From Lama glama (lineage: Eukaryota), in the NCBI GenBank assembly GCA_028534125.1, contig CM052816.1, positions 53,880,001 through 53,944,000 of the forward strand: a stretch of 64,000 nucleotides of DNA, given 5' to 3'. Below the pieces are notes generated by a model that did not search any database, was not told where the DNA came from, and saw only the letters and a program-made list of their open reading frames with translations. The position numbers were made by a program, and so were the translations under genes. This document shows, piece after piece, positions 25,692-37,672 of this stretch; position 1 is the stretch's first letter; every line of letters starts with the position of its first letter.

Positions 25692-25919
25692 GGCAGGTAG
25701 TGAAATTCTGCTAAAATTGCTGACGAATTCTAAGTAGGAAAAGTGTGTTTGAGTTCAAGTGTGTTTAGCTCTTGAATCCAATACTTAAAACAGTAAGGGT
25801 AGGAATCACTAACCGCAGTCTTGCCCCTGATTTTGTTTTAGTGTCATTGAAATTGTGTTGTGATGTTTACCGCTGATTCTTCCTTAAGAAACTGGGTTAC
25901 TTCCTCTTTCTGAGCTGCT

Positions 25920-27070
25920 CCCCACCCCCCGCCCCGCCCCCCGGGAAGTCAGAAAGCCAGCGTTTGAGGTAGCGTGGCAGTGCATTTTAGGGAGAATCAG
26001 CTCCTAGGAAGTGAGGAGAAAATATATTATTGGACTTTGCAGAGGCAAACACGCCCCAGCAGGTAGGAGACTGCGAGGAGTGGGGTCCCGCTGGCCGCCG
26101 CCGCCCCCTCCTGCCCACCGCTCGCACCAGAGTCCACTGCACCAGGCCGGGTCCCCCAGTCGCCGCCGCTCCCTGGGGAGCGGGGCCCTCGCGGTCCCTC
26201 CAGGATGGAACAGGATATGACAGCCCGGTTTGTGCACCAGCATCCTTAATATTTCCTTCCTTTCAGAAGCAAATAGAGCGTTCCCTTATCTGAATGCTAA
26301 TTTCCTAGTTAAAAACCCTCCCTTGCTGACTGGGGACTGAAAGAGTTTTAAATCACAGATGTAGAGTATCAAATGCAATAATGCTCTTGCAATAGTGCAT
26401 TGAAGCCTCAATTAATTAACCCTTGGGCTAAGTAGGCAGGTACATGGCGGTGGCCGCAGGCGGTGGATGGATGAGATTTAAATGTGCATCTCATTTCCCC
26501 AGCACGGAGCATGCCGTTTGGTTCAGAAAGGAGTCATTTTGCACACTCGCCTCATTTACTCGCCGCTTTAATCCCCCTAATTCCACCTGAGATCGGGGGA
26601 GAATTGAAAAGGAAGGCGAGGAGCAGGGGCTGCGGGCCGGGCTTTTGTTGCGCGCGGTCCCCCGGGGCCGCGACGCGCGGGGCCTCTCCCGGGCTCTCGC
26701 CTTTGAGCGGCGTCGGTGGGAAACGTGCGCGGCGAGATCGAGGGGGATGGGGCGATTTTTCCATTTGCAGGGGGTGCGGGCAGTCTTGGAGGAGGATGCC
26801 GGGCCGAGTCCACCCTGCCCGAGTGCGGGGTCCCCAGGCCAGGCGGCAGCCGGCCCAGCGCTCGCCGGGGCGCAGGGTGCTGGGGGTGCCTGTGGGTCGA
26901 GGCCACAGCGCCCCGGTGCCCGGTGGGCGTGCAGGTGGGCGGGGGGCTTGGATCCTGCCGCGCTTGGGAGTCCCGCCGCCTGGGTTCAAGACCGGATCCC
27001 ACCCCCGGGCCCCGGCGGCGTGTCCCGCGCCGACTAGGTGTAACTCTCCAGCTCATTTCTCTCCACGCGA
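25920..27070. promoter_or_regulatory. CpG island (orphan; no coding gene attached), split by an AT-rich core
   Basis: Very high GC and CpG density at 25920-26240 and 26600-27040, with GC boxes (CCCCGCCCC) at ~25925-25942. Confidence 0.85.
26240..26600. other. Probable orthologue of ultraconserved element uc.160
   Basis: AT-rich ~350-bp block embedded in the CpG island ~25 kb past the AP3B1 3' end, containing CAATTAATTAAC (26409-26420). The position beside a CpG island downstream of AP3B1 matches my recollection of human uc.160; not verified by alignment. Confidence 0.6.
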
Positions 27071-27870
27071 TTTACCATCTGTGAACTCGTCTTTAACCTA
27101 ATAAAAATCATCTAGCTTTTGACTAACAAGAAAAGGAAACAGTGCTCATTGTGGGGTTTGGGGAAAATGGCTTCACTAATGTGCAGGATGAGTGCGGAGT
27201 GATTTATAGGCGGTTTTAACTGTAGGCTATGATTAGGGGGCTGGTAGTAAGTGCATTAGATGTCTAAGTGTGGCAATAGAGTAAATAGGCGTTTTATTTA
27301 TCGCAGTGCCAGGGGCCTCTTAGCGGAAGAGCGCTTCTCCAAATTGAAATATAGCAGAGTTTACACTCCTGATTAGGGCTTCAAGCGCAGAGCCCAAGGC
27401 TATCAGCTAAGCAGAAACAACGCTCCCTGACACCTAATTGTCACTGGATTAATGTGCAAACAGGGACAGCGAACAGCAACAACAAATAACCCAGTGTCAG
27501 AGCCGTTGGTGGCAGTGTCCACTCCCAGTGACTTGGGGCCAAATTGGAGTTTATATGTCAAAACGGTCTGGGATCAATGTGTCGGGTGCCTCCTGGAAGG
27601 GCTGGACGGAACCGCGGCAGTTGTTGATCTATGTGTGTGTGTGTGGGCATATTATGTGCCGGGAGTGGACGCGAGCAGGCAGACGGAGGAGGTGAAATGT
27701 CTTCGCATAAATTTTTTTTTCCTGCTTTATGCTCCCGAATTCACAGCTATTAAGATAAATTTATGTGAATCAGGTCTTTCTCTCCAGGATCTTGTGACTT
27801 TTGCCTGTCTCCATATAAAATTTAATAACCCTGTTTGTGAATCAAATCATTCCCACAACAACGGATTCAA
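27040..27870. promoter_or_regulatory. Candidate conserved enhancer on the distal shore of the CpG island
   Basis: TGATTTAT (27200-27207), TAATTG (27435-27440) overlapping TGTCA, GGATTA (27446-27451), and several TGATTA/CATAAA motifs. Repeat-free with retained CpGs. Confidence 0.5.
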
Positions 27871-29189
27871 TCTGGGTTGCCACCTGTCTGGCTTTGGACG
27901 GGAGCAACCGAATTGGGCAGCTGGCTTCCAGCTTTTCCTGGGGACTGGTGGTTGGTTGGCTGCCGGGGAGCTCAGTTTGCCCTGGGATTCTCCAGAGCAA
28001 GAGCTAGATGGGCTGAAGGGGAAAAAGGAAGACAGCCTTCCATATTCCCCAGACCCCTTTTTTCTTTAAGTGACCGAATTGGTGGCAGCCCTATTTAAAA
28101 AACACAAGAACTCGTAACAGTCCGAACCAAATGGTGGAATAGGTGACTATCCAAGAAGTTCTTATGCTCACTCATTTTTCTTCTACAATTAGCCATTTAG
28201 GGAGGGAAAAAGTCACAAATACATGAATTATGTTCCTAAATGTATTTCTAAAGTTCTTAAGTTTTATTGAGCATGAAAGTTGGTCTTTCCCTGTGTTAAG
28301 GACTGAAGAAGCTATGGAACTAGCTAGTAGCTCAATGGTGCAGTCTTATGATTTAAACTTGACATTTGCAATTTTTTGCTGTAAAATATTACTTTCTTTA
28401 TTTCAAGACTTTAGTTGAAAACCTCGTAATTCCTTTTAAGCTCCATTTGATTGTCAATTGCACAACTCTCTCTAAAGCTTAGGGCTTATGATTTTCATAC
28501 ACACATGATTTATGCTTTTTGTGTCACAATATAATGGACTTTGGTGCAGCTCCTACTTATTTCTCTTGCATCATGAGAGCCTTCCCTTTTAGAGGCTGGG
28601 ATTTTTATACTAAAGCTATGAAAGAGTTGTGACCTGGCTGTAGGTCTCCCTGGACTGTCTGAAATTGCCTTTTTTTGCTGCCGCAGTCAGACTTCTTTAC
28701 CACTCAGTTTAATGTATTTTCAGCAAATGGTGATCTGGCTTTCTGCATCTTTGGATACTAGAATGAAATAAATTTGCAGTATTGAAGGTGTCAAAAACTG
28801 TCCCCTGGAGACCCCATTCATTGGCTCAGGTATGGGGAGAAGGATGGCAGACCACGTTCTGGAAGTTGCAAACACTGAGATTTCTTTTAATCTGTTTGCT
28901 GTGAGAAAATCATGAAGCTGGATCTGCAGTGGGGAAATCCCAACTCCATCATGTTAACAACATGCTGAATGAATCCAATGTTTTGTTTTGTTTTTTAATT
29001 CAGGTGTAGAACTCCAAGTCCATCCAAGCTCCTGACTCAAGAGCATGAAATGTAAGTTAATGATTCTTGTTAGAACAACAAATACCACAAGTAGATACTA
29101 AGTTTTCTGAAAAAAAAAATCACTTTGAGACACTTTGTTCAACCTAACGATGACACCCTGTAGATCTCACCTGTAGACTCCTAAAACTG

Positions 29190-29300
29190 GAAGGAAATTT
29201 AGAGACCATGCAACCCTTTTTAGACCCCTGTTTGCAAATGGGGAAACTGAGGTCCAGAAAGTTTAAATGTCTTGCTCAGTGTTATACACACACACAACTA
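29190..29300 (+). mobile_element. MIR SINE remnant
   Basis: TTTGCAAATGGGGAAACTGAGGTCCAGAAAGTTTAAATGTCTTGCTCA is the MIR core. Confidence 0.75.
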
Positions 29301-31084
29301 AATCTTCCAAATATTCTTCATATACATCATTATTCCAATCAAGCCATAAACACTGTAAGTATATAAGAAAAATATCAAGTGTTTTTGTCATACCTTGTCA
29401 GTATTAATTGTTCAGGCCTTTGAACATTAAAGTTTTCCTGGCACATGAAAACTGATTTTTTTAAATTATTGATTTAAGGTAATTGAAAATGAGTGCTATT
29501 CTTTGCTCACATACCTGGAAACTGAACAGAATTAAAATTTCAAAGACATTTTCAGTATTTGAAAGAGTTGGCATATCTTGGTTATGTGTAGTTGAGGTTT
29601 TACTATTCCTCTTTCAGTTCTCTGCCCTCTTTCCTGCCTGCTTTTTCTGCTTTTTGCCTTTTCCTTCAGTCTCTACAGGGAAGACACTGAGACTCAAAGT
29701 TGATTTTATCATTACTTGATGAGATACTTCATGGGGGAAATAGGACAGAACTCCAGATAGAATGTAGTTCATCATACTTACCCATGACTCTTCCCAGTTC
29801 CTAGGATGATGGGTAATCAAGGACTTACCTTGATTATAGAAGCAAAGGGAATATTTGGTAGGTTTTTAAGTAATTCTGCTGAGAAGTTAGATTTATTTGT
29901 TTATTTAAAACTCTTGGAGTTTCAATGATGGCCTGTGGAGTATAAACTTCAGAATATGTCTGAATTATTAAGCCTCTGCCCAACTGGTGTGACTAGGTTT
30001 TAAGAGAGTTGAGTAAACCAAAATAAAATTATGTCAACCAAGAAATAAACAAGTCCCCCAGAATTTGGAGAGTGATTATTTAAATCTAGATCTAATCTGA
30101 GATCTCTGACAATGTGTTCAGACTCTGGGGAGGATATTCACTTTAAGGAGATGGCTAAAATCTAAGGTGGGGACCACCAATGGAGCTGTAAGCCTGGAGT
30201 CTGAACTTTGATGTGGGCCTACCCAGTCCCCACACCTTCTTTGCCCTGCCCCCAACCCCACCCTAGGTTCTTGAGAATTTCAAAACCAGTCATCATCAAA
30301 AATAACCAGTACTAGGCCTATAACTGAGCACTTTCATATGATAAACTGATTAAACTTGATTCCACCATCTTAGGCCAAAATGATTACACAGAACTCTGTG
30401 AAAGGAGGGAAGAGGGACAGACTACTCTGGAATTATCTCTGTGAAGGAAACGCCATTTGTTCTGGGTGAACAATTTGGAAAGCATTTTGACAGTATCCAA
30501 ATCCGTCACGTGGAGAAGGACCAGGTTCTGAAGGGGAAGGAGGGCTGCTCTGCGACCAGAGGGAGGCATGGGTCACGTATGGTAGCCAGGGGACCTAGGG
30601 CATGGCACCGGCAAACAGTCACATACTGTAGTTTCCTAATCTGCAACCTAAGGGAAGGGGCACACAGTGTCTTGAGCCCCCATGTCAGTATCCAGCATGC
30701 TCCCCCAGGGAGCTCTTGTGCACTCTAGAGTTTAAAACACTTGGACTAAAGGATCTACACGTTTTCTTGTAAATGTGAGGTTTTAATCACTTATGCTTTA
30801 GCAATCTGAACTCTAATATGACAGTTGGAGCAAAAGACTTGAAGAGACACTGATGACTGATTTAAAATACTCCTTCAGACCCCAGAGTACTTCATTAGGC
30901 AAACTCTTCAATGGCTTTCTTCTTAAATGCACTTGTTCATGAGAACTTCAATGGCTGTCACTATTTGCTCTTTTTTTTTCCTTCAGTGTTTCATTTTAAA
31001 TACAGTAATAACTTATGGGTTTTTTTTTTTTTGTATTCTCAAGTTATGAATGCAGCTGTCTATTCTTTTTTTTTCAGTGTAGTT

Positions 31085-31200
31085 TTGTTTTTATTCAATT
31101 TATTTTTTATTGAAATATAGTGGACTAACATTATCATATTAGTTTCAGGTGTACAACATAGTGATCAGTATTTTTAAGGATTATACTCCATGCAGAGTTA
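31085..31200 (-). mobile_element. Short L1 3'-end fragment
   Basis: Poly-T followed by TTTATTGAAATATAGT..ATATTAGTTTCAGGTGTACAACATAGTGAT, a typical L1 3' terminus on the minus strand. Confidence 0.75.
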
Positions 31201-32479
31201 CTCTTTGCTTTGAAGCCTCTCTCACTATCACTTCTCTGTAATTAACAAAAAGTAATCTGAGGATTAAAAACACTGTAAGATAGCCTCTCCCTAATTTTCT
31301 CACCTATTTAAATTACTATGTTGCAGCTTTGAGAAATACCACAAATTCATGGACGTAGTAACATAATTTTATCATATTTGGTATTTTCACCTTCTGCAAG
31401 AAAATGAAAACCCGAAATATCTCAAGTCAATATTCTTTCAGGATTGTGCAAGGAGCCCAGTTCTTGATATCATAATCATAAAACGTTATACATCTACGTA
31501 TTTTCTTTACAGTTAAACATTAATTAAAGGTATATGAGGTATGCTGAATTGCAAACATGCCTATTGTTCTTTGGCAAGCAATTTTTAGAAATCACTTTTG
31601 TGTGCTCTGGTGCCAGAGAGCTAATTCCATTTTTGTGTTACAACTGGATTTTAAAATCCAATAGGCATTTCCTGCATGGAGTGGCCAAGGCTTCTCAGAC
31701 TTAACGTGTATCTGTTTGTGTTCTTGCATGGTAACAGTGAAAGCAAAAAGCTGTGCTAAGCAGTAAGCAACTCTCTCCATCATGTTTTATATTGTGTGCT
31801 TTCCCTATACTCTGGGTAAGGTAGGGGTTCTTTTTCCTTACTAGAGGGAAGTTTTTCTAAGAGCACATCTTTTTAATGGTATTCTTTCCCCTTCTCAGTG
31901 AGGGACTATTGATTGAGTGGACACTGCTTACTGTAGCTGTTCTGAGCTGCCAGCAGCCGAGTTTCCTGTGATTGATTTTATATAGCACCTTTTATACTGG
32001 AGAAATCCCAAAGCACTTAACAAAGCAGCGAAAGATTTTGCTGCTGATGGTGATGGTGCAGGCGAACACCGGCGATGGCACGAACCTGCGCACCTCACAT
32101 TGCTTCAGATTCTGGAACTCTCCAGAGAGCCACTTGGCCTGGTCGCCATTCCTCTTTCTGGTTTGCCTGAAATCTCCAGACTGGAAAGGACACCTAGCCA
32201 TTTTCTGAGACATCCCCAGGCTTCGCCTTGACCGAAACCACCCAGGACAGATGAGAGAGGCCACTTACTCTCTAGGCCCCTCGTTCCTCTATGGTGGGAT
32301 TCAGGGATCCCCACCATTCAGATAATCTCTGATTTCATGAGTATTTCTTGGGTCTCAAGGAAGTACCCAGCACTGTGTCAGGCCTCTGCTCTGGGGAGGG
32401 AAGGCTCTTTGGCTACCTTTAGCACTAGAGGAGTGCAAAAAAGAGCAAGAGGACATCTCCAGAAACACAGGGTAGGAAA

Positions 32480-32560
32480 CCTCATCCTTGCTCACTTCTT
32501 TAGCTCCTAGTACAGTGCTTCACATATAATCAGCCCTCAATAAATGTTTGCTGAGTGAAT
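32480..32560 (+). mobile_element. L2 3'-end remnant
   Basis: CCTAGTACAGTGCTTCACATATAATCAGCCCTCAATAAATGTTTGCTGAGTGAAT matches the L2 tail. Confidence 0.75.
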
Positions 32561-33399
32561 ATGTGAAAATGCAAAGTGTCTTTTCAGTGTCAGAGAAAGG
32601 CAAGTTTCAGTCCAGAATAACGGGTGTTCACCGGGTAGCACTGTCTACCTTCACAGCGAGCATGCAAAATAAGCCAGCCTCGTCCCCATAGAAACAGCAA
32701 AAGTGGGACAAAAATAATGCCCTTGGCTTTTTCTACCCTGCCTCCTGACACAGGAAGCTTGTTTTCCTTGCAGGTTGCGGGGCAGGGGGGCGGGGAAAGA
32801 AGGAGAAAACTGACAAGGTGAGAACAGACGTCAGGCTCTGAGGGAGAACTGTGGTCTGTTAACCGCCAGTGAAATGAATCGGAGGAAGGGGGGCTAAGGA
32901 GAGGACGTCCTTAACACCTCGTGTAGGTCTGGGAGTAGCAAGGAAACTGTCATAGAAAGAACAGAAAGAAAGCTGTAATGTTCTTCTAAGGAATCCAGAT
33001 TGTTCTCACCCTCATTTTCAAAGGTCTGAGCTTCCTTTGTGTCCCTCACAGGGATGGGAGATGGGGGGGCGGTGCTGGTATTGGGGAGGAGAGAGAAAGA
33101 GAAAGCCAGGCATAGTTCTCCAGTCCCACATTCCTGAGAAGGAGACGCAGTGGCAGTGGGCAGGAGACTTCAGGAAAAGTTGGAGGGGTGCTCCTTGGGG
33201 CCCCAGCTGGGTTTATACTCCGGTGTCTGTGTTCGTCACACATCCCGTCATCCAGCTAGCTTGCTCCAAAGAGAGGGAATGAGTAAGTTAAAATGAGTGA
33301 GTGCCTTCCTCTTTACCTGCGCTTTCTATTCTTTGTATGCCTGGCCATAGCTTTGAAATTCATTTCCAAGCCAACAAATCACTTACTTTTGCCTCACAC

Positions 33400-33605
33400 A
33401 GTGCAATGACATAGATTATCTCCTTTGCTCTTCAAATGGCCCAGGAAGGCCGATGGTATTTTGTGCCCATTTTATAGATGAGGAAGCAGAGGCCCAGAGA
33501 GAGGATCAGTGACTTGCCATGGTCACACAGCTAGCAAACAGTGAAGCTGGAATTCATACCTAGGTTACTTGATGCCACATCTCACTCACTGTCCACTATG
33601 CCTGC
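33400..33605 (+). mobile_element. MIR SINE
   Basis: CCCATTTTATAGATGAGGAAGCAGAGGCCCAGAGAG..GTGACTTGCCATGGTCACACAGCTAG. Confidence 0.85.
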
Positions 33606-34839
33606 CTGGCTGTCTCCATCTTCAAGTGAAAAAAATAAATCCTGCTTGAAAAAAGAAACTTTATTTTTCTGACATTCCAGTATTTGAAGGATTAAATTGT
33701 GAATGTGTTTAGTTTATTTTAGTTATTTAGTTAATTGTGAATGTTTACAGTTAATTTTTGAACTCAAACCACATGGCTGGCTGCTTCCTACTCTAAGCTA
33801 TGAGCTAAAATATTCTTTAAAGGGAATCATGGGCCTCTTCTTTTTAGGAACAGAAATAAACACCTGTGCTTTTCATCCATGACGGTCATGGCTGTATATT
33901 GACACCACTCGAGACCTCAGGAATTCTAGCTCTGAGATGAAAAGACTGGGCTGGACCAATGTGTCCCCAGTCTCCTTTCAGCACCAGATTCTGTGATTCT
34001 ATGATTCTGAGCTGATGGCGATCCAGTGACCTCTAGCTAGAGAATGAGGGGGCAAAACTGGAATGGCGTGACCGGCAGCTTGGTTCAGATCCACAGTGGC
34101 TTCCTGGGAGCTGATGATATAGGCACTGGGCTCAAAGCTGGGCTCAGGGACACACACAGGACATGGCTTCTGCCCTTCAGGACTATGGGGTCGAGTGAAG
34201 CCTCCCAAAGGGGCCTGAACATTGTGCGCTTGTTGCTCACATGTTTCCCTTTCATTGCAGAATGTTAAGATGTTCCTTGCACACAGATGAGTAATTTGAA
34301 TATCTACATCTGATTAATCCTTCCTGATATCCATTGAAAGAAAAAGTCCTATTTAAATAGATGGACATTAAGGAGAGCTGGAAAACCATGGAGTTTTATT
34401 CTTGGAGTTGCAAAGAAAAGCGATTCCAGAGACTTAAATAAACAGTGAGGGACTATGCTTTGGAATCTGACACAAGGAGGAGTAGGGCCTCTGATGTTTC
34501 TGGCTGACAGGAGTGAGCTGAAGTAGAACCTGATTGAGGGAACCAGGGCCCACCTCGTGGGGGGCTTGGGGAACGTGGGTCTCATGACAGTTTTGTTTGT
34601 GAGGAAAGCCAGTTAAAGCCACGGGGACTCCTTGCAAAGTCAAGGGAGAGAAAGCTGTTCCCTTGGAGAGCGTGGCTTTTTGGAAAACTGAAAATCGCTT
34701 CAGTGATATCGTATGTGAGAATCTTTGTAACCAAATAGAAATGAAATAAACCTCTTGGTTTGAAGGCTTCTTCAATATTTCACAAATCATACAATCATCT
34801 CCAGCTTTTGGCACGAAGAAAAATCCACATGACAAACCT

Positions 34840-35880
34840 TATGGAACATTAGCGATATCAAGAGAAGCTACTTCTGCGGAATATCAATGAAATTCTCCCT
34901 ACCTGCCGCTGGTGTTGTCGACAACATGAGGCAGAAGGTTCACTTTTTTTCTGGTTAAAAATGGAAATTGGTGTTTGAGTATTCCATGAAGTTCTTCAGG
35001 TTCATTAACAAGGTCAAAATCAATGTTATTTTACTGTTTGGAATCATTTTTGGCGGAACAATGAAAAGAAACCATAGTAGAAGTAGTCTTAATATAATCA
35101 TTTTCTTTTCATTGTTCTTTATGGGAAAATAATTTGGCCCGAAATTTAGTGGTCCCATCAGGGAGGTGATATCTTTAAAAAGGTGGTCTGAAGGACAGGT
35201 TTTACTGTACTTTAATAGGCTTATAGATTAATATAAATCTTAATATTCATAATCTTTACCATTTCTTTTCTCAATATCTGCTCCATCTATACATCTATTT
35301 ATAATGTATATTTCAAACACAGGATATACTTGATTTTTATTGAATATACTGATGGTGCTACAGGGACAGTCCCTTGACCTAGTTAAAAAGAGAGAGAGAG
35401 GGAGAGAGCCAAGGGTCACATCTATGGATAGTCTGCTGCTGAAAACAGATTTTTGCAGATAATGCAATGGACTGAAAGCAGGGCTGTTCTTGCAAATTTG
35501 CCATGTGCTGTTATTTGCATGAATAATAAATAAATACGGGTACCCAGATGCCGAGGGTGAGCTGCAGATGATCATAATAGAATGTGGACTTGTCACCTGA
35601 AAGCTTGATTTTTCTACTAAAACATGGAACATTTTCTACCTTCATATGCCCACAAAAGAAAAGGATAATTAAATATGAAATGTATTTATTGGCTAGAGGA
35701 GAAACATGCAGATACGCATTGCTTGACATGAATAAAGAAATATATGTTAGTTTATTTTTATGTGGTTATTTAAGGGGAAAAATATCTAATTAACTGACTT
35801 CGGTTTTATTTTGACTCTGATTTCTGGTTGGCCCATCAGCTTATCATGTCATAAACACTGACGGACACAATTAATTAATT
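34840..35880. promoter_or_regulatory. Candidate conserved non-coding block
   Basis: Repeat-free and AT-rich with retained CpGs. Octamer ATTTGCAT (35513-35520) running into GAATAAT, GTCATAAA, CTAATTAA and CAATTAATTAAT. Confidence 0.4.
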
Positions 35881-35889
35881 TTGTATATG

Positions 35890-36345
35890 TGTGTGTATAA
35901 AATTGACGTTATATTAAAAGATGCATATTATAAAAGTAATACATCCTCATTATAGAAAACTTAACAAAAACTTGAGAAAAACTCCATATATTCCTGCCAC
36001 CTAGAGATAATCATGTTAACATTTCTCCCCTCTGCATTGCTTTACACAGTTCAGAACATCCTGTATGTATAAAATGGAATACGCATTGATTCAAATCTGT
36101 TGTAGGGCACCATAATTTACTTCACTATTTCCTATTATTGGATGCTTGTGTGGTTTCTGGTTTTTCCCTATTATAAATATAAAAGATAAACGTCTTTTTT
36201 CCTACATCTTTGTCTCCATTTCAGCTGGTGTCTCCAGGAACTAGTCCCAGAGATGGAATTGCTGGATTAAACAAAGTGAACATTTTTATGACTTTTGATA
36301 CATATTACCAAATTACTTTCCACAAAGTTTGGGCCAATTTATAGA
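35890..36345 (-). mobile_element. Ancient L1 (L1ME-like) 3' region
   Basis: ATAAAAGTAATACATCCTCATTATAGAAAA, CCACCTAGAGATAATCATGTTAACATTT, GGAATTGCTGGATT, TTTGATACATATTACCAAATT. Confidence 0.7.
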
Positions 36346-37204
36346 ATAAACTTACTTCAATGAAATCTGATGTATTTCACCCACATTACTGAAACGCAGT
36401 GGTTTCAGATTTCGGAAGCAGTGACCTGCTGTAATTTGCAGTGGATTTAGTGTCAGTGGTTGCTCTGAATGGGGCGCAGGGAAGTGTTGCCGAGGCCTGT
36501 GTGCTGTCTGCAGGCTCTGGTTTTCCTGGTTCATTCACATGAAGGTATTTTTCTTCTTCAAAATTAGGTGGTCCTCAGTAATAGTATTTAGTATTTTAAA
36601 TATTAATACTTTTTAAAAAGAGAAGATAACTTGGCTATGTATTTTCTTCACCTTTATTTAGTTTTGCAATAAGAAAAAAACCTGGAATTTATAATTAGAA
36701 GCATTAGGACTTTAAAAGTATTTGTACTCCCTTGCCTGCCCAACTCCCAGCTTTGTTGGTTTTAAATACTTTGTCCTCAGTACCTCAGTCCTCCAAGGTA
36801 TCTGGTTATGTGCAGAATGCTATTTCTCTGTGCTCTCTGTTAAGGATGTGGCTTTCCCACTGCTGACACCACATCCTGTGTTTGGAGGCTGGACTCTGGG
36901 AAAAAAGAGGACAGTCCCTGCATTTGCAGCTCCTGCATCTGCACAAAGTGGGCTCCCAACACAGACTGATGGAGACGCGTTTGCTGTGTTTGAAGCTCTT
37001 TAAACCTGTGGTGTCCTTTAAATACTGTCTGTTACTCCAGGACTCAACAGCTGGGGTATCCGTGCACGCCCATTTCTCTTTGCTTTCTGGCTTTCACACT
37101 GGCAATGAAATCCTCTTTCTGAAAAGCAAAAATAAATGTTGTAGACAGGTATCTTTTGGGGGGCTCCTTTTGTCAGGCTTGGAATGACTCTTCACAGAAG
37201 AAAG

Positions 37205-37672
37205 TGTTACCAAAGGCAGGTTCATGTGCCCAACACACCATGAGGCCAAGCTGAAACAGGAGTTTGGAGCAGAGAAAAGTTTATTGCAGGGCCGAACAAA
37301 GACAGGATGGCTCATGCCCCCCAAACCCCCAAATTCCTCAAAGGGTTTCAGCAAAGCATATATAAAAGCCAGGTGAGGGAAGGGGGTCATAGGGTGCATG
37401 ATCAACTCGTCCACAGTTCTCTGATTGGTTGATGTTGAGGTAACAGGGCGGTCAACAATACCCACCCCTAGGTGCCAGAACGTCTGGGAGCCACGTGCTC
37501 TGGATCATCAAGTAGTTAATTTCTTCCCTTTGGTGGTGGTTTTTAGTATCTGAAAAACTCAGGAAATATACATGAGATACTATTATCTAGGGACTTCAGA
37601 GAGGAGCTACAGCAGAGGATAGGCGGTACGGGTCTGACCCTGGAAGGCCCCTCAGGGTCTTGCTCGGTTACA
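37205..37672 (-). mobile_element. ERV solo LTR (468 bp, probably ERV1/class I)
   Basis: TGTTACC...GGTTACA termini, near-TSD AAAG/GAAG, minus-strand AATAAA (37280-37285), TATA-like ATATATA (~37359-37365) and CCAAT (ATTGG ~37424). Confidence 0.8.

Noticed and set aside
26484..27101. Overlapping 120-205 aa ORFs on both strands
   Set aside because: Arg/Gly/Pro/Ala-rich products expected from stop-poor CpG-island DNA; no recognisable domain.
27452..28069. 205-aa ORF
   Set aside because: No recognisable protein; runs through a (TG)n stretch, a T-run and enhancer-like motifs. Probably chance, though Ribo-seq or PhyloCSF would be decisive.
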